Origin: an uncultured Candidatus Saccharibacteria bacterium
GTDB lineage: Bacteria; Patescibacteriota; Saccharimonadia; Saccharimonadales; Saccharimonadaceae
DNA length: 64,000 nt
Direction of reading: 5' to 3'
Assembly: GCA_963456685.1 (NCBI GenBank)
Contig: CAUOPB010000001.1
Location: forward strand, 57,511-121,510
Shown: piece after piece, positions 52,335 through 61,989 of the stretch
Layout of the letters: every line of letters begins with the position of its first letter
Numbering within the stretch: the stretch's first letter is position 1
The notes under the pieces: generated by a model
What the model saw: the letters and a program-made list of their open reading frames with translations, nothing else
The model's database searches: none
What the model was told of the DNA's origin: nothing
Made by a program: the position numbers and the translations under genes

Positions 52335-53402
52335 ATGACTGACGATAATAGAGTACACATTTTTATGAACACATTCAGGCTTGATGAAGACCAAGCCAAG
52401 TATGTTCTTGAGCAAACGTACAAAATTATAAAGTCCTTAAACGAACCTCCTACCGAAGATAAAGAGCCAAGCCGTGAAGTGATTATGAAGCTTCTGAAAG
52501 ACCACTACAAGCTCAACGATATTCAATCCACCAACGTGCTTGAATATGCTTACGGGTTATCTGAAGCCCGTAGCAAGTCTAACGATTTTGCCATTGCCCA
52601 CTACTTGAATAACCTCGCCATCGGTCTATTTGAAATGGTCGTTGACCATAACAATCTACCAGACACCAACGCCGTCAATCGTAGCTATATCCTCATAAGC
52701 AATGAACTAAGAAGGATATATGCTCGCAACCCCGAACTTCAAGCCATCAAGGAAAGTATATGCTGGCAAGTGTTTGACCGCCTTGAGCACATTGAATACG
52801 CTTTTTGGGACTGGAAGCAGTACAACGAAAACGAATACGGTATAAGCCATAACGCCGAAGTAAACACCCTCTGTATTATCAGCGGCAAAGAAACACCTGA
52901 ATTTAGCCCTGAATTGAAAAAAATTGTTACCGAAGCCGAAGCCAACGGCAAAGCCTTTTATACTGAACTTGAGGAAGAAGACCCTGAATATGATGGCAAG
53001 ATAATACCCGAATACACACTTACCTATGATAACAACGGTATTATTTTGGTAAATGGGGTCTTGAAACTGAAAAAGACCCAAGCGGGTCAAGCGTCAGATA
53101 TGGTATTGAGCCAGTCGTTTCAACACGATGGGCAAACAGAGCCGTTCAAGCCAAGCCTTGCTACTAAACGCCAGCTTACTACTATCATTGGTGATATGGG
53201 CTTTGACCCAACCTTACGGGCTATTTTCTTCCCAACTATCAGCAAAGACAGAGGTATTATATTCCGCTCGCACCTTACCCGTGCTGAAGCGGACGCTCAG
53301 CATATAGATACTAGTAAGCTAGACAAAAAGCTGAAGAAACTTGGGGCTGTAACCGAACAAGAACCAGACCGCCCAATAGACTTGAGTGAAATACCGTTCT
53401 AA
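52335..53402 (+). CDS. Hypothetical protein of the element
   Basis: 355 aa ORF, divergent from the HTH gene. Confidence 0.75.
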   Translation: MTDDNRVHIFMNTFRLDEDQAKYVLEQTYKIIKSLNEPPTEDKEPSREVIMKLLKDHYKLNDIQSTNVLEYAYGLSEARSKSNDFAIAHYLNNLAIGLFEMVVDHNNLPDTNAVNRSYILISNELRRIYARNPELQAIKESICWQVFDRLEHIEYAFWDWKQYNENEYGISHNAEVNTLCIISGKETPEFSPELKKIVTEAEANGKAFYTELEEEDPEYDGKIIPEYTLTYDNNGIILVNGVLKLKKTQAGQASDMVLSQSFQHDGQTEPFKPSLATKRQLTTIIGDMGFDPTLRAIFFPTISKDRGIIFRSHLTRAEADAQHIDTSKLDKKLKKLGAVTEQEPDRPIDLSEIPF

Positions 53403-53567
53403 CCTGAACACATTCTGAACGGAAAATAACGGAAATAAACGGCTTTTCAACGTACTTGAACGGAAAGTTTAGTTTTTATGACAGCAAAAATAGCCCTTTG
53501 AACGAACTTATTACGCAATAAAACTAAAACAGCGACAACCCCGTTAGATATTGGCATAGTTGGTAGT

Positions 53568-53744
53568 ATGAACGACCAACAAGAGCCAGTTCCATCAAGC
53601 CCAGACACGCCAGCCGTGCCAGTGCTTGATACTGACGAGTTGAATAACCTCGCCAAGTTTTTGGACGCCCTTTTGGAAGTTGATATGGAAGTAAAACGTA
53701 ATGAAGGGGTCAGTACAAATGATAACTACCTACAAGCTATTTAG
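53568..53744 (+). CDS. Small hypothetical protein (58 aa)
   Basis: MNDQQEPVPSS...ELNNLAKFLDALLEVD; first of a chain of overlapping ORFs leading to the spoVG-like and rep genes. Confidence 0.5.
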   Translation: MNDQQEPVPSSPDTPAVPVLDTDELNNLAKFLDALLEVDMEVKRNEGVSTNDNYLQAI

Positions 53745-53844
53745 GATATTTGTCCGCAAACTAATAGAACTGCTCACCAACGTATGGCTATGGGCAATCA
53801 AAAAAGAACAAGCCGCTGAGGAACGTAAGCGATATGGTCGTTAG
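53719..53844 (+). CDS. Small hypothetical protein (41 aa)
   Basis: MITTYKLFRIFVRKLIELLTNVWLWAIKKEQAAEERKRYGR; overlaps both neighbours. Confidence 0.35.
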   Translation: MITTYKLFRIFVRKLIELLTNVWLWAIKKEQAAEERKRYGR

Positions 53845-54133
53845 CGAAGTAAACATCACGCCTGTAAAGCCGAAGAATGGCTTAGTTGGTATAGCCAGCC
53901 TAGTTGTTGATAGAAACATATACCTTAACTCAATCGCCGTTTACACCAAGCTAGACGGCTCGTATCGCCTGTTGTACCCTACGAAGCTCGTAGGCAATAG
54001 GTCACTAGGACTATTCTATCCAATCAACCGTGAAGCAAGCAGGGCTATTGAAGAAGCCGTGTTCAAAAAATGTAGCGAAGTATTTGAAGGACGTAACGAT
54101 GATAGATACTATCAAGCTGGTACTGCCTTTTAG
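53834..54133 (+). CDS. SpoVG-family nucleic-acid binding protein
   Basis: VSEVNITP, LVGIASLVVD, LNSIAV, YPINREASRAIEEAV. Confidence 0.75.
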   Translation: MVVSEVNITPVKPKNGLVGIASLVVDRNIYLNSIAVYTKLDGSYRLLYPTKLVGNRSLGLFYPINREASRAIEEAVFKKCSEVFEGRNDDRYYQAGTAF

Positions 54134-55211
54134 TAAGCGTCCCCACTGGTATGAAAAAGCTCGCCTCCAACACGGCTTTGATGTCGATACGGGCTTATTC
54201 AAGGCTGTTGCTAATCCTAGTAGTGAAAACAAGAAAAAAGGTATCTATCAACCTCGCCTCACCTACACCGAACGACCAGTTAGAGGCGGTAAAAACTACG
54301 AATTAGCAATTGAGTTGTCGCTACCAAAACTGATGTTCAATAATAACTTCAGCGAACTTGATGACGCCGATTTTGAAGCAGTAGTCAAAAAGTTATCTGA
54401 CACGATAAGAACCACTTACGGTATCTGGTTATTTCCTCATCAAATACGGCAAGCCAGTGTCCGTAAAATAGACTACTCGAAAAACATTATATTCACTGAC
54501 CGTACGCCAGTTTCTAACGTACTTGCCAACGTCCGAACGGCTGACGTTTCCAAAGTGTACGATATTCAAAATACCGACTTTCGTAATGGCGGACACGTCT
54601 ACCATATACACAGCAACAGCCTAGATATTGCCATTTACGATAAAGTTGCCGACCTAAAACAAGAGCGTACATCGCCCAAGCGTAGCCGTGAAAAAGACGG
54701 CTACGTACAAATGAGCCTACTTGATGAACTAGAACGCCAAAAGACCGTAACAGTTACTCGCTTAGAAGTACGTCTGAACGGGCTACGAAAAATACGCAAT
54801 GAACTGGCTAAGGTTGGCGTTACGCACGGTATCTCCTTTGAAGAAATGTATAGCAGCGACACTTCGCAAAAAATACTAATGCGACACTGGCAAAATATCT
54901 TTGACCGCATACCTAAAGGGCTATTAGACAGCGACACCGCTGAACATCTGCTTATCAATATCAAGAAAGCCAACGAAGATATGAAGATGACGGAAGCCCT
55001 CGCACGAGTTGGCTATGCCTACCTTCGGCAAGACAAAGATGAACGCTATGTACGCAACCTGCTCGAAGGCTTATTCAACCCATCGCAATACCGCCGTTTC
55101 AAGCAAAAAAGCCGAGAGCCACCGAACCCTACACAACTCAAGACACTCCTACATATAACCAATACCTTGACGGCTATGACGCCCGTTAATATTGAAGACT
55201 ATACTTTCTAG
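54099..55211 (+). CDS. Putative replication initiator (phage/plasmid gene II/X, Rep_trans-like)
   Basis: Start MIDTIKL; ELSLPKLMFNNN, VRKIDYSKN, AIYDKV, TRLEVRL pattern typical of rolling-circle initiators. Confidence 0.65.
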   Translation: MIDTIKLVLPFSKRPHWYEKARLQHGFDVDTGLFKAVANPSSENKKKGIYQPRLTYTERPVRGGKNYELAIELSLPKLMFNNNFSELDDADFEAVVKKLSDTIRTTYGIWLFPHQIRQASVRKIDYSKNIIFTDRTPVSNVLANVRTADVSKVYDIQNTDFRNGGHVYHIHSNSLDIAIYDKVADLKQERTSPKRSREKDGYVQMSLLDELERQKTVTVTRLEVRLNGLRKIRNELAKVGVTHGISFEEMYSSDTSQKILMRHWQNIFDRIPKGLLDSDTAEHLLINIKKANEDMKMTEALARVGYAYLRQDKDERYVRNLLEGLFNPSQYRRFKQKSREPPNPTQLKTLLHITNTLTAMTPVNIEDYTF

Positions 55212-55267
55212 TTTTGGTAAGTATTGTTATATAATGTTATCAAATATATAATATAGTCAGGAAGATT

Positions 55268-56818
55268 ATGAAAGCAAGAAAAGAAGTAAAAGACTACGAA
55301 GGTATGAAAGCCTTCCTAATCGCACGAGTATCCGACCCGCGGCAAGTGGATGCCCTGCCAGCACAGGAGCTACGTCTCAACGAATACGCTGACCGCTATA
55401 AGTTCAGCAAAGAATTCCATCGTTTTGACGAAACGGCTTTCAAAGAAGACCGTGCTAAGTTTATTGAAATTGTTGATGAAGCTATCAAGTACCCTAAATA
55501 TTTCGTGATGGTATTTGATAAAATTGACCGCCTAACTCGTGATGTTTCTTCAGACGTTGTACGCACGTTGAAGGACCTAGTAAAAGAAGGGCGTTGCGAA
55601 CTACACTTCCCGTCTGACGGACTTATATACCACCAGCACTCACCAGCTCACGACAAGACCCGTCTAGATATGGGTATGGTCTTTGGTGGTTACTACTCAA
55701 TGGCTATCAGCGACAACGTAAAACGTAAGATTGAACAGAAGCTTCACGATGGCGAATACCCAGGCAAGGCTTGTGTTGGCTATAAGAACATCAAATGGGA
55801 AGACACCAGCGGTAAAGTGGTAAAGAATATCACACCCGACCCAGACCGCAAGCAGTACATTATCAAGGCGTTTGAATTGCGGCTTGAAGGTAAGTCTTAT
55901 CGCACCATTGCCAAGATACTTCGTGAAGATGGCTTCCGCAGTAACACCAAAAAGCAAGGTATAGTTGGTCAGAGTCAGATTGAAACAATGCTCAAGAACC
56001 CGTTCTATTACGGCGTTATGAAGTACGATGGCGGTCTTTACCCTCATAAGTACGAACCGATAATAGACAAGTCCACCTTCGACAAGGTTCAACGTATCAA
56101 CAACCAGCGGACTAACGAAAAGACCAAAACTAACACCAAGCAGATATTTACCTTCAGTGGTATACTCAAATGTGCCACCTGCGGTTGTACTATCTCATCG
56201 TACGAGCAAAAAGGACACGTCTATATGCGTTGTACCAAGGCAAAGGTTGGCGTAGCTTGCGACCAGCCTCATATCGCTGAAGCGGATATACTACCGCAAG
56301 TAACTGAACTGCTTGAAAAGCTCAATATCAGTGAAGGAATAGTGAACCAAGTGCTTGAGCTGATGAAAAACGAACACGATAATATACAGCTGTTCTATAA
56401 AAACGCTATTACACAAACACGGGCTGAATACCTACGTTTAGAGAAAAAGCTAGGTATACTGTACGATGACAGACTTGATGGACGTATTACTGTCGATGAA
56501 TATGACAAATATGTAATGAAGTATAAGACCGAAATGGAAGACCTTGACCGTAAGTTAGTTGAGTACACAAATAACGATACGTCCTTCCAACTCACCTCTG
56601 CTTATCTGTTAGAACTGGCGTCAAAAGCTAAAAATATCTTTGAGCGTTCGCAACCAGAGCAAAAGAACAAAATTCTGCGTATGCTACTTGCGAACCCTAC
56701 TTTGAAAGCAAAAAAGCTTCAACTACCTCTGTTGAAGCCTTTCGCTAGTGTACTAGACAACTCTAATTCTCAAAATTGGCTCCGGCAGCTGGGCTCGAAC
56801 CAGCGACCTAATGGTTAA
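55268..56818 (+). CDS. Large serine recombinase (integrase)
   Basis: ARVS catalytic serine, DKIDRLTR, NPFYYG, HKYEPII, zinc ribbon CATCG...MRC...C, coiled coil. Confidence 0.93.
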   Translation: MKARKEVKDYEGMKAFLIARVSDPRQVDALPAQELRLNEYADRYKFSKEFHRFDETAFKEDRAKFIEIVDEAIKYPKYFVMVFDKIDRLTRDVSSDVVRTLKDLVKEGRCELHFPSDGLIYHQHSPAHDKTRLDMGMVFGGYYSMAISDNVKRKIEQKLHDGEYPGKACVGYKNIKWEDTSGKVVKNITPDPDRKQYIIKAFELRLEGKSYRTIAKILREDGFRSNTKKQGIVGQSQIETMLKNPFYYGVMKYDGGLYPHKYEPIIDKSTFDKVQRINNQRTNEKTKTNTKQIFTFSGILKCATCGCTISSYEQKGHVYMRCTKAKVGVACDQPHIAEADILPQVTELLEKLNISEGIVNQVLELMKNEHDNIQLFYKNAITQTRAEYLRLEKKLGILYDDRLDGRITVDEYDKYVMKYKTEMEDLDRKLVEYTNNDTSFQLTSAYLLELASKAKNIFERSQPEQKNKILRMLLANPTLKAKKLQLPLLKPFASVLDNSNSQNWLRQLGSNQRPNG

Positions 56819-56851
56819 CAGCCATCCGCTCTACCACTGAGCTATGCCGGA
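56777..56851 (-). tRNA. tRNA-Asn (GTT) with encoded CCA
   Basis: TCCGGCATAGCTCAGTGGTAGAGCGGATGGCTGTTAACCATTAGGTCGCTGGTTCGAGCCCAGCTGCCGGAGCCA folds as a cloverleaf. Confidence 0.97.
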
Positions 56852-56912
56852 ATACATTCTGCTATCGCCGCAGATACCAGTATTGTAACTTATTATACAA
56901 AAGGTGTAAAGT

Positions 56913-58784
56913 CTACTGCGCCTGCAGCGCATCAAGTTGTTTTGCCAAATCAGCAATCGCTTCCCAACTAGCGCCATCGGTCATAATTGACAGTACGTAC
57001 GTACCGTGCGAACCATAAACAATCGCCGAGTCATGCAATAATCCATTCATAAAGCCAACCTTATCGGCAACCGTCCCCAATACACCTGCTGGAATACCTT
57101 TACGAAACACGTTTTTCTTCATAGCTTCTAGCAAGCGCTGCTGATTGGCGCTCGAAAAGTTTTGGCCGGTTGCAATCATACCTAGCAGCAGGGCTTGATC
57201 ATTTGCTGTCGTATACGGTCCGCCACCCTTCATAAATGTCGAGTTCTTAAGGCCAATGGCGTTAGCTTCGCTAGTCAAAGTACTAACTCCAATTGCGCTC
57301 AAGAAACTTTCCGCGCAAGCATTGTCACTCAAACTAATCATTTTATCAAAGCATACTTGATCGCTATCCCAACTGCGCGCACCGCTATCAATACGCTTCA
57401 GCAAGCTATAAGCCACTAGCAATTTGTAGGTGCTAGCTGTTACAAATTGCTTATCGCCATTGTATTCGGCGCGGCGCTTTTTGCCGTCAAGTTCTATCAT
57501 CGACACGCCGTAAGTCCCCGGATGGTCTTTGGCGAAATTCTCCATCAAAGCCGACAAGCCAGCATCGCTCGAGCTATATGTCCGCGTATATTCTTCGCGC
57601 GGCGGCACAGCCTTGGTAACGGCATCAAGCTGCAAGCTGCCGCCGTCGATTGTACTTTGTAATTTCTGCAGCATTACCGCAACATCAAGTGCTTGCCCTG
57701 AACTACCTGTCTGCTTGCTAACAATAGTGAAGTCATGCGTAGTAATTTTCGACACCCCAGGCGCCACAGTAACAATTTTCGCTACCGTATCATTCAGCCA
57801 TTTGCCAGTACGTTCAGCATTCAGCGTAGCCACCAATTCTTTATCTTTAGCGATAAAATCAAGCCAAGCGTAAACTGTCTGCGCATCAACTGCGACGGTT
57901 TTATCTCTAGCTTTAATTTGAATACCTCCCGCTAGATGTTTGGTTAGCTTTCGCGCCAATTGCTTAGCTTTTTCATCGCTCACCGCTGGTTTGATATCTA
58001 TTTTATTGACATTAATAGTTGTCGGCTGATGTAATTTTGGTTTGATATCGCGAACAGATTGCTTGATTTTAGCCTCATCGCATTTACCGCCAAGCCTAGA
58101 CCTCTGCAGCTCGAGCTGCGCCCCTTTGGCTTTAAGCGTAGCATTGGTCGGACTAACTTGGCAGCGAGCAACTATTTTGTCGTTAACAGCTGCATCCGTT
58201 TGGTTGGCAAATTTAGGGGTTGGCGGCGAACCATAATTCAAACCATACCAAAACAATGAAGTTGGCACCAACCGCACATACCAAGGATAATCATACTGCT
58301 TGATCCGCTGCGAATTATCAACCGAGACAGCAATATCGCGCAGCTTTATACTAACTGCTGGCTTGTCTGAATTATTCATCGTAATATTAAGAGTATGGTC
58401 ACTATACGCTTGATTAGCTTTTTTAGCCGCCGCATCTTTAGTCATACCGCCAATTGCTAATCCGTCAACGTGCGCAAACGGCAAGGTCTTATCGCTTGGA
58501 TAAGCCAACTGTATAATTACCAGAAGAAAAGTCAAACTTGCTGCCGCACCGACTGCATATTTACGGACATGCTTATGACGTAACAAACGTTGTAATTTTA
58601 TCTGCAATGAAGCAGCTTGGTAATTGACCTGCCGATATGCGCCATAAACTACGTGCCGTAATTGCAATCGCCAAGCGCTAGATTTAGTAGATTTAGCGGC
58701 ATGGACCGCCGCTTTAGTACCAGTATAACGCCGGCGGTAAGATGGTTTACGCGCTATCCGTCTCACGCGGCCCCTCATAACCAA
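56913..58784 (-). CDS. Membrane-anchored serine hydrolase (class A beta-lactamase-like) with peptidoglycan-binding region
   Basis: ASTYK (SxxK), SDN, DKVG motifs; N-terminal TM. Confidence 0.85.
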   Translation of the reverse strand: MVMRGRVRRIARKPSYRRRYTGTKAAVHAAKSTKSSAWRLQLRHVVYGAYRQVNYQAASLQIKLQRLLRHKHVRKYAVGAAASLTFLLVIIQLAYPSDKTLPFAHVDGLAIGGMTKDAAAKKANQAYSDHTLNITMNNSDKPAVSIKLRDIAVSVDNSQRIKQYDYPWYVRLVPTSLFWYGLNYGSPPTPKFANQTDAAVNDKIVARCQVSPTNATLKAKGAQLELQRSRLGGKCDEAKIKQSVRDIKPKLHQPTTINVNKIDIKPAVSDEKAKQLARKLTKHLAGGIQIKARDKTVAVDAQTVYAWLDFIAKDKELVATLNAERTGKWLNDTVAKIVTVAPGVSKITTHDFTIVSKQTGSSGQALDVAVMLQKLQSTIDGGSLQLDAVTKAVPPREEYTRTYSSSDAGLSALMENFAKDHPGTYGVSMIELDGKKRRAEYNGDKQFVTASTYKLLVAYSLLKRIDSGARSWDSDQVCFDKMISLSDNACAESFLSAIGVSTLTSEANAIGLKNSTFMKGGGPYTTANDQALLLGMIATGQNFSSANQQRLLEAMKKNVFRKGIPAGVLGTVADKVGFMNGLLHDSAIVYGSHGTYVLSIMTDGASWEAIADLAKQLDALQAQ

Positions 58785-59172
58785 GAATTTGTAATGCCGA
58801 TTGCAGCGTTTGAATATCCCGGCGTGCCTTATCGTCGTCTTGTTTCTGCAGGTTAGCTATTTTAGCGCGAATACAGCGTTCAGTTATCGCGTCTGTCGAA
58901 TCCAAAACTTCTGGCGTGGTTTTTGGCGCCGCAGCCACATCGATCACCTCTAGCGACCGCGCTGAATTGTCACGCTTACGCAAGTGGCCGCGGGAGATCA
59001 AATTATCAATATGTACTGCCACTGTCGAAACGCTTTTATAGTCAAGAGCCCGCATTATCTCGCGATAGCTCGGCCCGTAGCCGTTATCTTTTATAAAGTT
59101 ATCAATAAATAGTAAAAGCTCGTACTGCTTCTTGGTCGGATTAATTGCCGCCGATTGAGCTTGTGCTGCCAT
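58747..59172 (-). CDS. LexA-like DNA-binding domain protein lacking the peptidase domain
   Basis: TKKQYELL..I, GYGPSYREI, KSVSTVAVHI, ARSLEV. Confidence 0.82.
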   Translation of the reverse strand: MAAQAQSAAINPTKKQYELLLFIDNFIKDNGYGPSYREIMRALDYKSVSTVAVHIDNLISRGHLRKRDNSARSLEVIDVAAAPKTTPEVLDSTDAITERCIRAKIANLQKQDDDKARRDIQTLQSALQILGYEGPRETDSA

Positions 59173-59179
59173 ACCTTCA

Positions 59180-60514
59180 CTATAACGAATCAACTAGCTC
59201 CCGGTCAAACGGTCGTGCCACTATCAGCGCCGACAAGCCCCACCAAACTAGTGCTATTACATCATCAGCAAATACTGGCAAGAACAAACTAGCGATGCTC
59301 AGGCCAACTCCAGACAAAAACACACCAAGCACCAGCCAATCGTTCCGCTGCCGCCATAACCGCTGCAAAACGATAATCACAATCATCAAATAAATCACTA
59401 AACCCAGCCAACCAGCTTCGTGCACGATAAATAAATATTGGTTCTCGATAATCACCCCTGAATCGCCTAATAACGATGCCGACCCGGTACTACCAATACC
59501 AGTGCCGAACGGCTGTTGCGCTGCCTTGATAACGCCATCGCGCAGCGACGAAAGGTGATCGTCATTTGAGGTTCTAGCAGCACCCGTAGTAGGATTATCG
59601 TGCAAAATCACATTATGCATAAAGCCGGTATCGCGCAGCAAATAAACTCCACCCACAGCTACAGCTAAAACTCCCGCAGCAATCGATATCCAAGCTTTTT
59701 TAGGTAATTTCTGGCCATATTGATGAGCAAAAAGCCCGCCTAACGCTGCTAGAGCTCCTAGAATCGCCGCCCGCGAATAACTAATATAAAGAGCGGCACT
59801 AGAGCTAGCGGCCGCCAAAATGCCGTAGACGCGCCACTTAGCACTATCCCGCCATTTTGCCGCTAAAAAAGTTGACGCCAACACCAACCCGCCAAGCGCG
59901 TACGCCCCTAGCGGATTCGGCCCCCGCAGCGTGCTGCCAAAGCGCACATAAGCCTCATTTGAATCAACCGTCATATACGGTACGATCGTTGCCTGGCTGT
60001 AACCGAATACTGTCAAGAAATCCCGCGGCAAAACCAACTGTAAACAAGCAAACCCAATAATTACCGCTGCTGCCGCCAGCATACATTTCAACAAAATTTG
60101 CCGATAGCGCGGATAGAGATAAATAAAACCATACATCGTCGCCGCCATTAGACCCCAGCGCAAATCAATTACCAGGCCAGCAATCACAGTTGTCGCTGAA
60201 TTACCCGCAGTCAGCGATATTCCTACTAAAACTAAATGCCACAGCGCAAAACCAGCAATCAACCATAGCAACTTATCGCGCAGCCAAAATCGCCAAGCAT
60301 GGCGCCGCCAACCCAGGATAATCACCAGAACAAAAGCTACCATTAGCAGTACTTCTTTCCATGCTTTGGCATACAGCGCAACCGGCAGCCAATGCGTACT
60401 CGCCAAAACCGTCAACGGCGTATGAATTGCCAAACCTAGCATGATCGCAGCCAGCAGCACCAGCGTTACCGAAGCTAGCCGACGCTCCAAATTATCGGTA
60501 TTGAGATTGCTCAT
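59180..60514 (-). CDS. O-antigen ligase/polymerase-like membrane protein
   Basis: Many TMs; RFGSTLRGPNPLG, SYSRAA, PFGTGIG, ENQYL...EAGWLG. Confidence 0.82.
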   Translation of the reverse strand: MSNLNTDNLERRLASVTLVLLAAIMLGLAIHTPLTVLASTHWLPVALYAKAWKEVLLMVAFVLVIILGWRRHAWRFWLRDKLLWLIAGFALWHLVLVGISLTAGNSATTVIAGLVIDLRWGLMAATMYGFIYLYPRYRQILLKCMLAAAAVIIGFACLQLVLPRDFLTVFGYSQATIVPYMTVDSNEAYVRFGSTLRGPNPLGAYALGGLVLASTFLAAKWRDSAKWRVYGILAAASSSAALYISYSRAAILGALAALGGLFAHQYGQKLPKKAWISIAAGVLAVAVGGVYLLRDTGFMHNVILHDNPTTGAARTSNDDHLSSLRDGVIKAAQQPFGTGIGSTGSASLLGDSGVIIENQYLFIVHEAGWLGLVIYLMIVIIVLQRLWRQRNDWLVLGVFLSGVGLSIASLFLPVFADDVIALVWWGLSALIVARPFDRELVDSL

Positions 60515-60552
60515 GCTATCTATTATAACGAAAGTTGTTATAATGAAGACAA

Positions 60553-61989
60553 ATGCCATCTCATAACACCAAGTCTTACAGCCTAATCCTGATGGCGGCT
60601 GACGCGATTGTGCTGGCAATTGTTTTTGCCGCAGCCTATTACATTCGCACTCAAGTCGACCAGCGCGTACTCTTGCACACTGTTTACGCTTACGAATATA
60701 TTATCGGCTTTGCCGTGATTACCCCGGTGTGGATACTGATTTTCGCTTCGCTCGGATTGTACAGTCCGAGCATTTATAACCGCCGCCTCGTCGAATGGAG
60801 CCGTATAACGCTCGGCACTTTCATTGGTATACTGCTGGTAATTGGCTGGGAATACTTCACTAGTATGCATATTTTTCCGGCCAGGCTAGTTGCTCTTTAC
60901 GTTTTAATCGGCTCAACGATTGCCATTATTTTGGTACGCGAAATAATTCGCACTATTCGCAACGAGTTATACCGCTACGGACACGGCGTCAGTCGAGTGT
61001 TGGTAATCGGCAATTCTGATGCGACGACCGATATTGCGATGTCCCTCGGCTCCACCCACAAATCTGGTTATCAAATTGTAGCCTTCGCCGGACCGGCAAA
61101 ATTGTTACCGCCGCATCTCGGTATCGTTCATTACGGCCGCGTCGAGACAGCACTCAAAGATATCAAAAAGCTTAACATTAGCACTATTATTCAAACCGAC
61201 CTTTATGCCAGCGAGGATCGCAACCACCAGATTTTAAGTGCTGCGCAAATTGCTCACATTCAATATAATTTCATTCCTGGCGAGCCAGAATTTTACACCG
61301 GCAAAAATACCGTCGATGTCTTTCTCGGCTATCCGATGATTACCGTCAGCCAAACACCACTCATCGGCTGGGGAGCAATCGCTAAGCGGTTGTTCGATCT
61401 TATAGCTGTTATTATTACTTTGCCGCTCTGGGGATCAATTATAATAATAATTGCGCTGCTGCAAAAAATTTGTAATCCCGGGCCAATTTTTTACCGTTCT
61501 AAGCGTTTGAGCCGTTTTTCGAAACCGATTCGTCTCTATAAGTTCCGCACCATGGGTGCTCAGTACGGCAAAAAGGACGCCAGTATCGAGTTTGAAGAAA
61601 TGAATCGGCCTGATTTGGCCGCCGAATATCGGCGCGATCACAAAGTAGCCGATGATCCGCGAATTACTTGGTTTGGCAAGTTCTTGCGTAATACTTCGCT
61701 TGATGAATTCCCGCAATTTATCAACGTGCTGCTCGGCGACTTGAGCTTGGTCGGGCCGCGTCCGATTCTGCCGCAAGAAGTTAAATTCAGCAAAAATCGT
61801 ACGGCGTTATTGCATAGCGTTAAGTCTGGAGTAACTGGATTGTGGCAAGTCTCGGGCCGCAGCAACTTGAGCTTCGACGAACGGATTGAGCTTGAGCTTT
61901 ATTACGCGCAAAACTGGAGTTTTTGGCTAGACTTGCGGATACTTTTCAAAACAATCGGTGTTGTACTACACAAAACGGGAGCGAGATAA
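60553..61989 (+). CDS. Priming undecaprenyl-phosphate sugar transferase (WcaJ/CpsE family)
   Basis: KRLFD, YKFRTM, DPRIT..GKFLRNTSLDEFPQ, SLVGPRP, GVTGLWQVSGR. Confidence 0.93.
   Translation: MPSHNTKSYSLILMAADAIVLAIVFAAAYYIRTQVDQRVLLHTVYAYEYIIGFAVITPVWILIFASLGLYSPSIYNRRLVEWSRITLGTFIGILLVIGWEYFTSMHIFPARLVALYVLIGSTIAIILVREIIRTIRNELYRYGHGVSRVLVIGNSDATTDIAMSLGSTHKSGYQIVAFAGPAKLLPPHLGIVHYGRVETALKDIKKLNISTIIQTDLYASEDRNHQILSAAQIAHIQYNFIPGEPEFYTGKNTVDVFLGYPMITVSQTPLIGWGAIAKRLFDLIAVIITLPLWGSIIIIIALLQKICNPGPIFYRSKRLSRFSKPIRLYKFRTMGAQYGKKDASIEFEEMNRPDLAAEYRRDHKVADDPRITWFGKFLRNTSLDEFPQFINVLLGDLSLVGPRPILPQEVKFSKNRTALLHSVKSGVTGLWQVSGRSNLSFDERIELELYYAQNWSFWLDLRILFKTIGVVLHKTGAR

Larger units (their letters stand above)
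46765..56782. mobile_element. ~10 kb integrative element at tRNA-Asn (serine recombinase, Rep-like, SpoVG, type III R-M)
   Basis: Recombinase runs into the tRNA 3' end; TTGGCTC repeated at 46765-71 and 56776-82; orphan terminator just outside the left copy. Confidence 0.8.
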
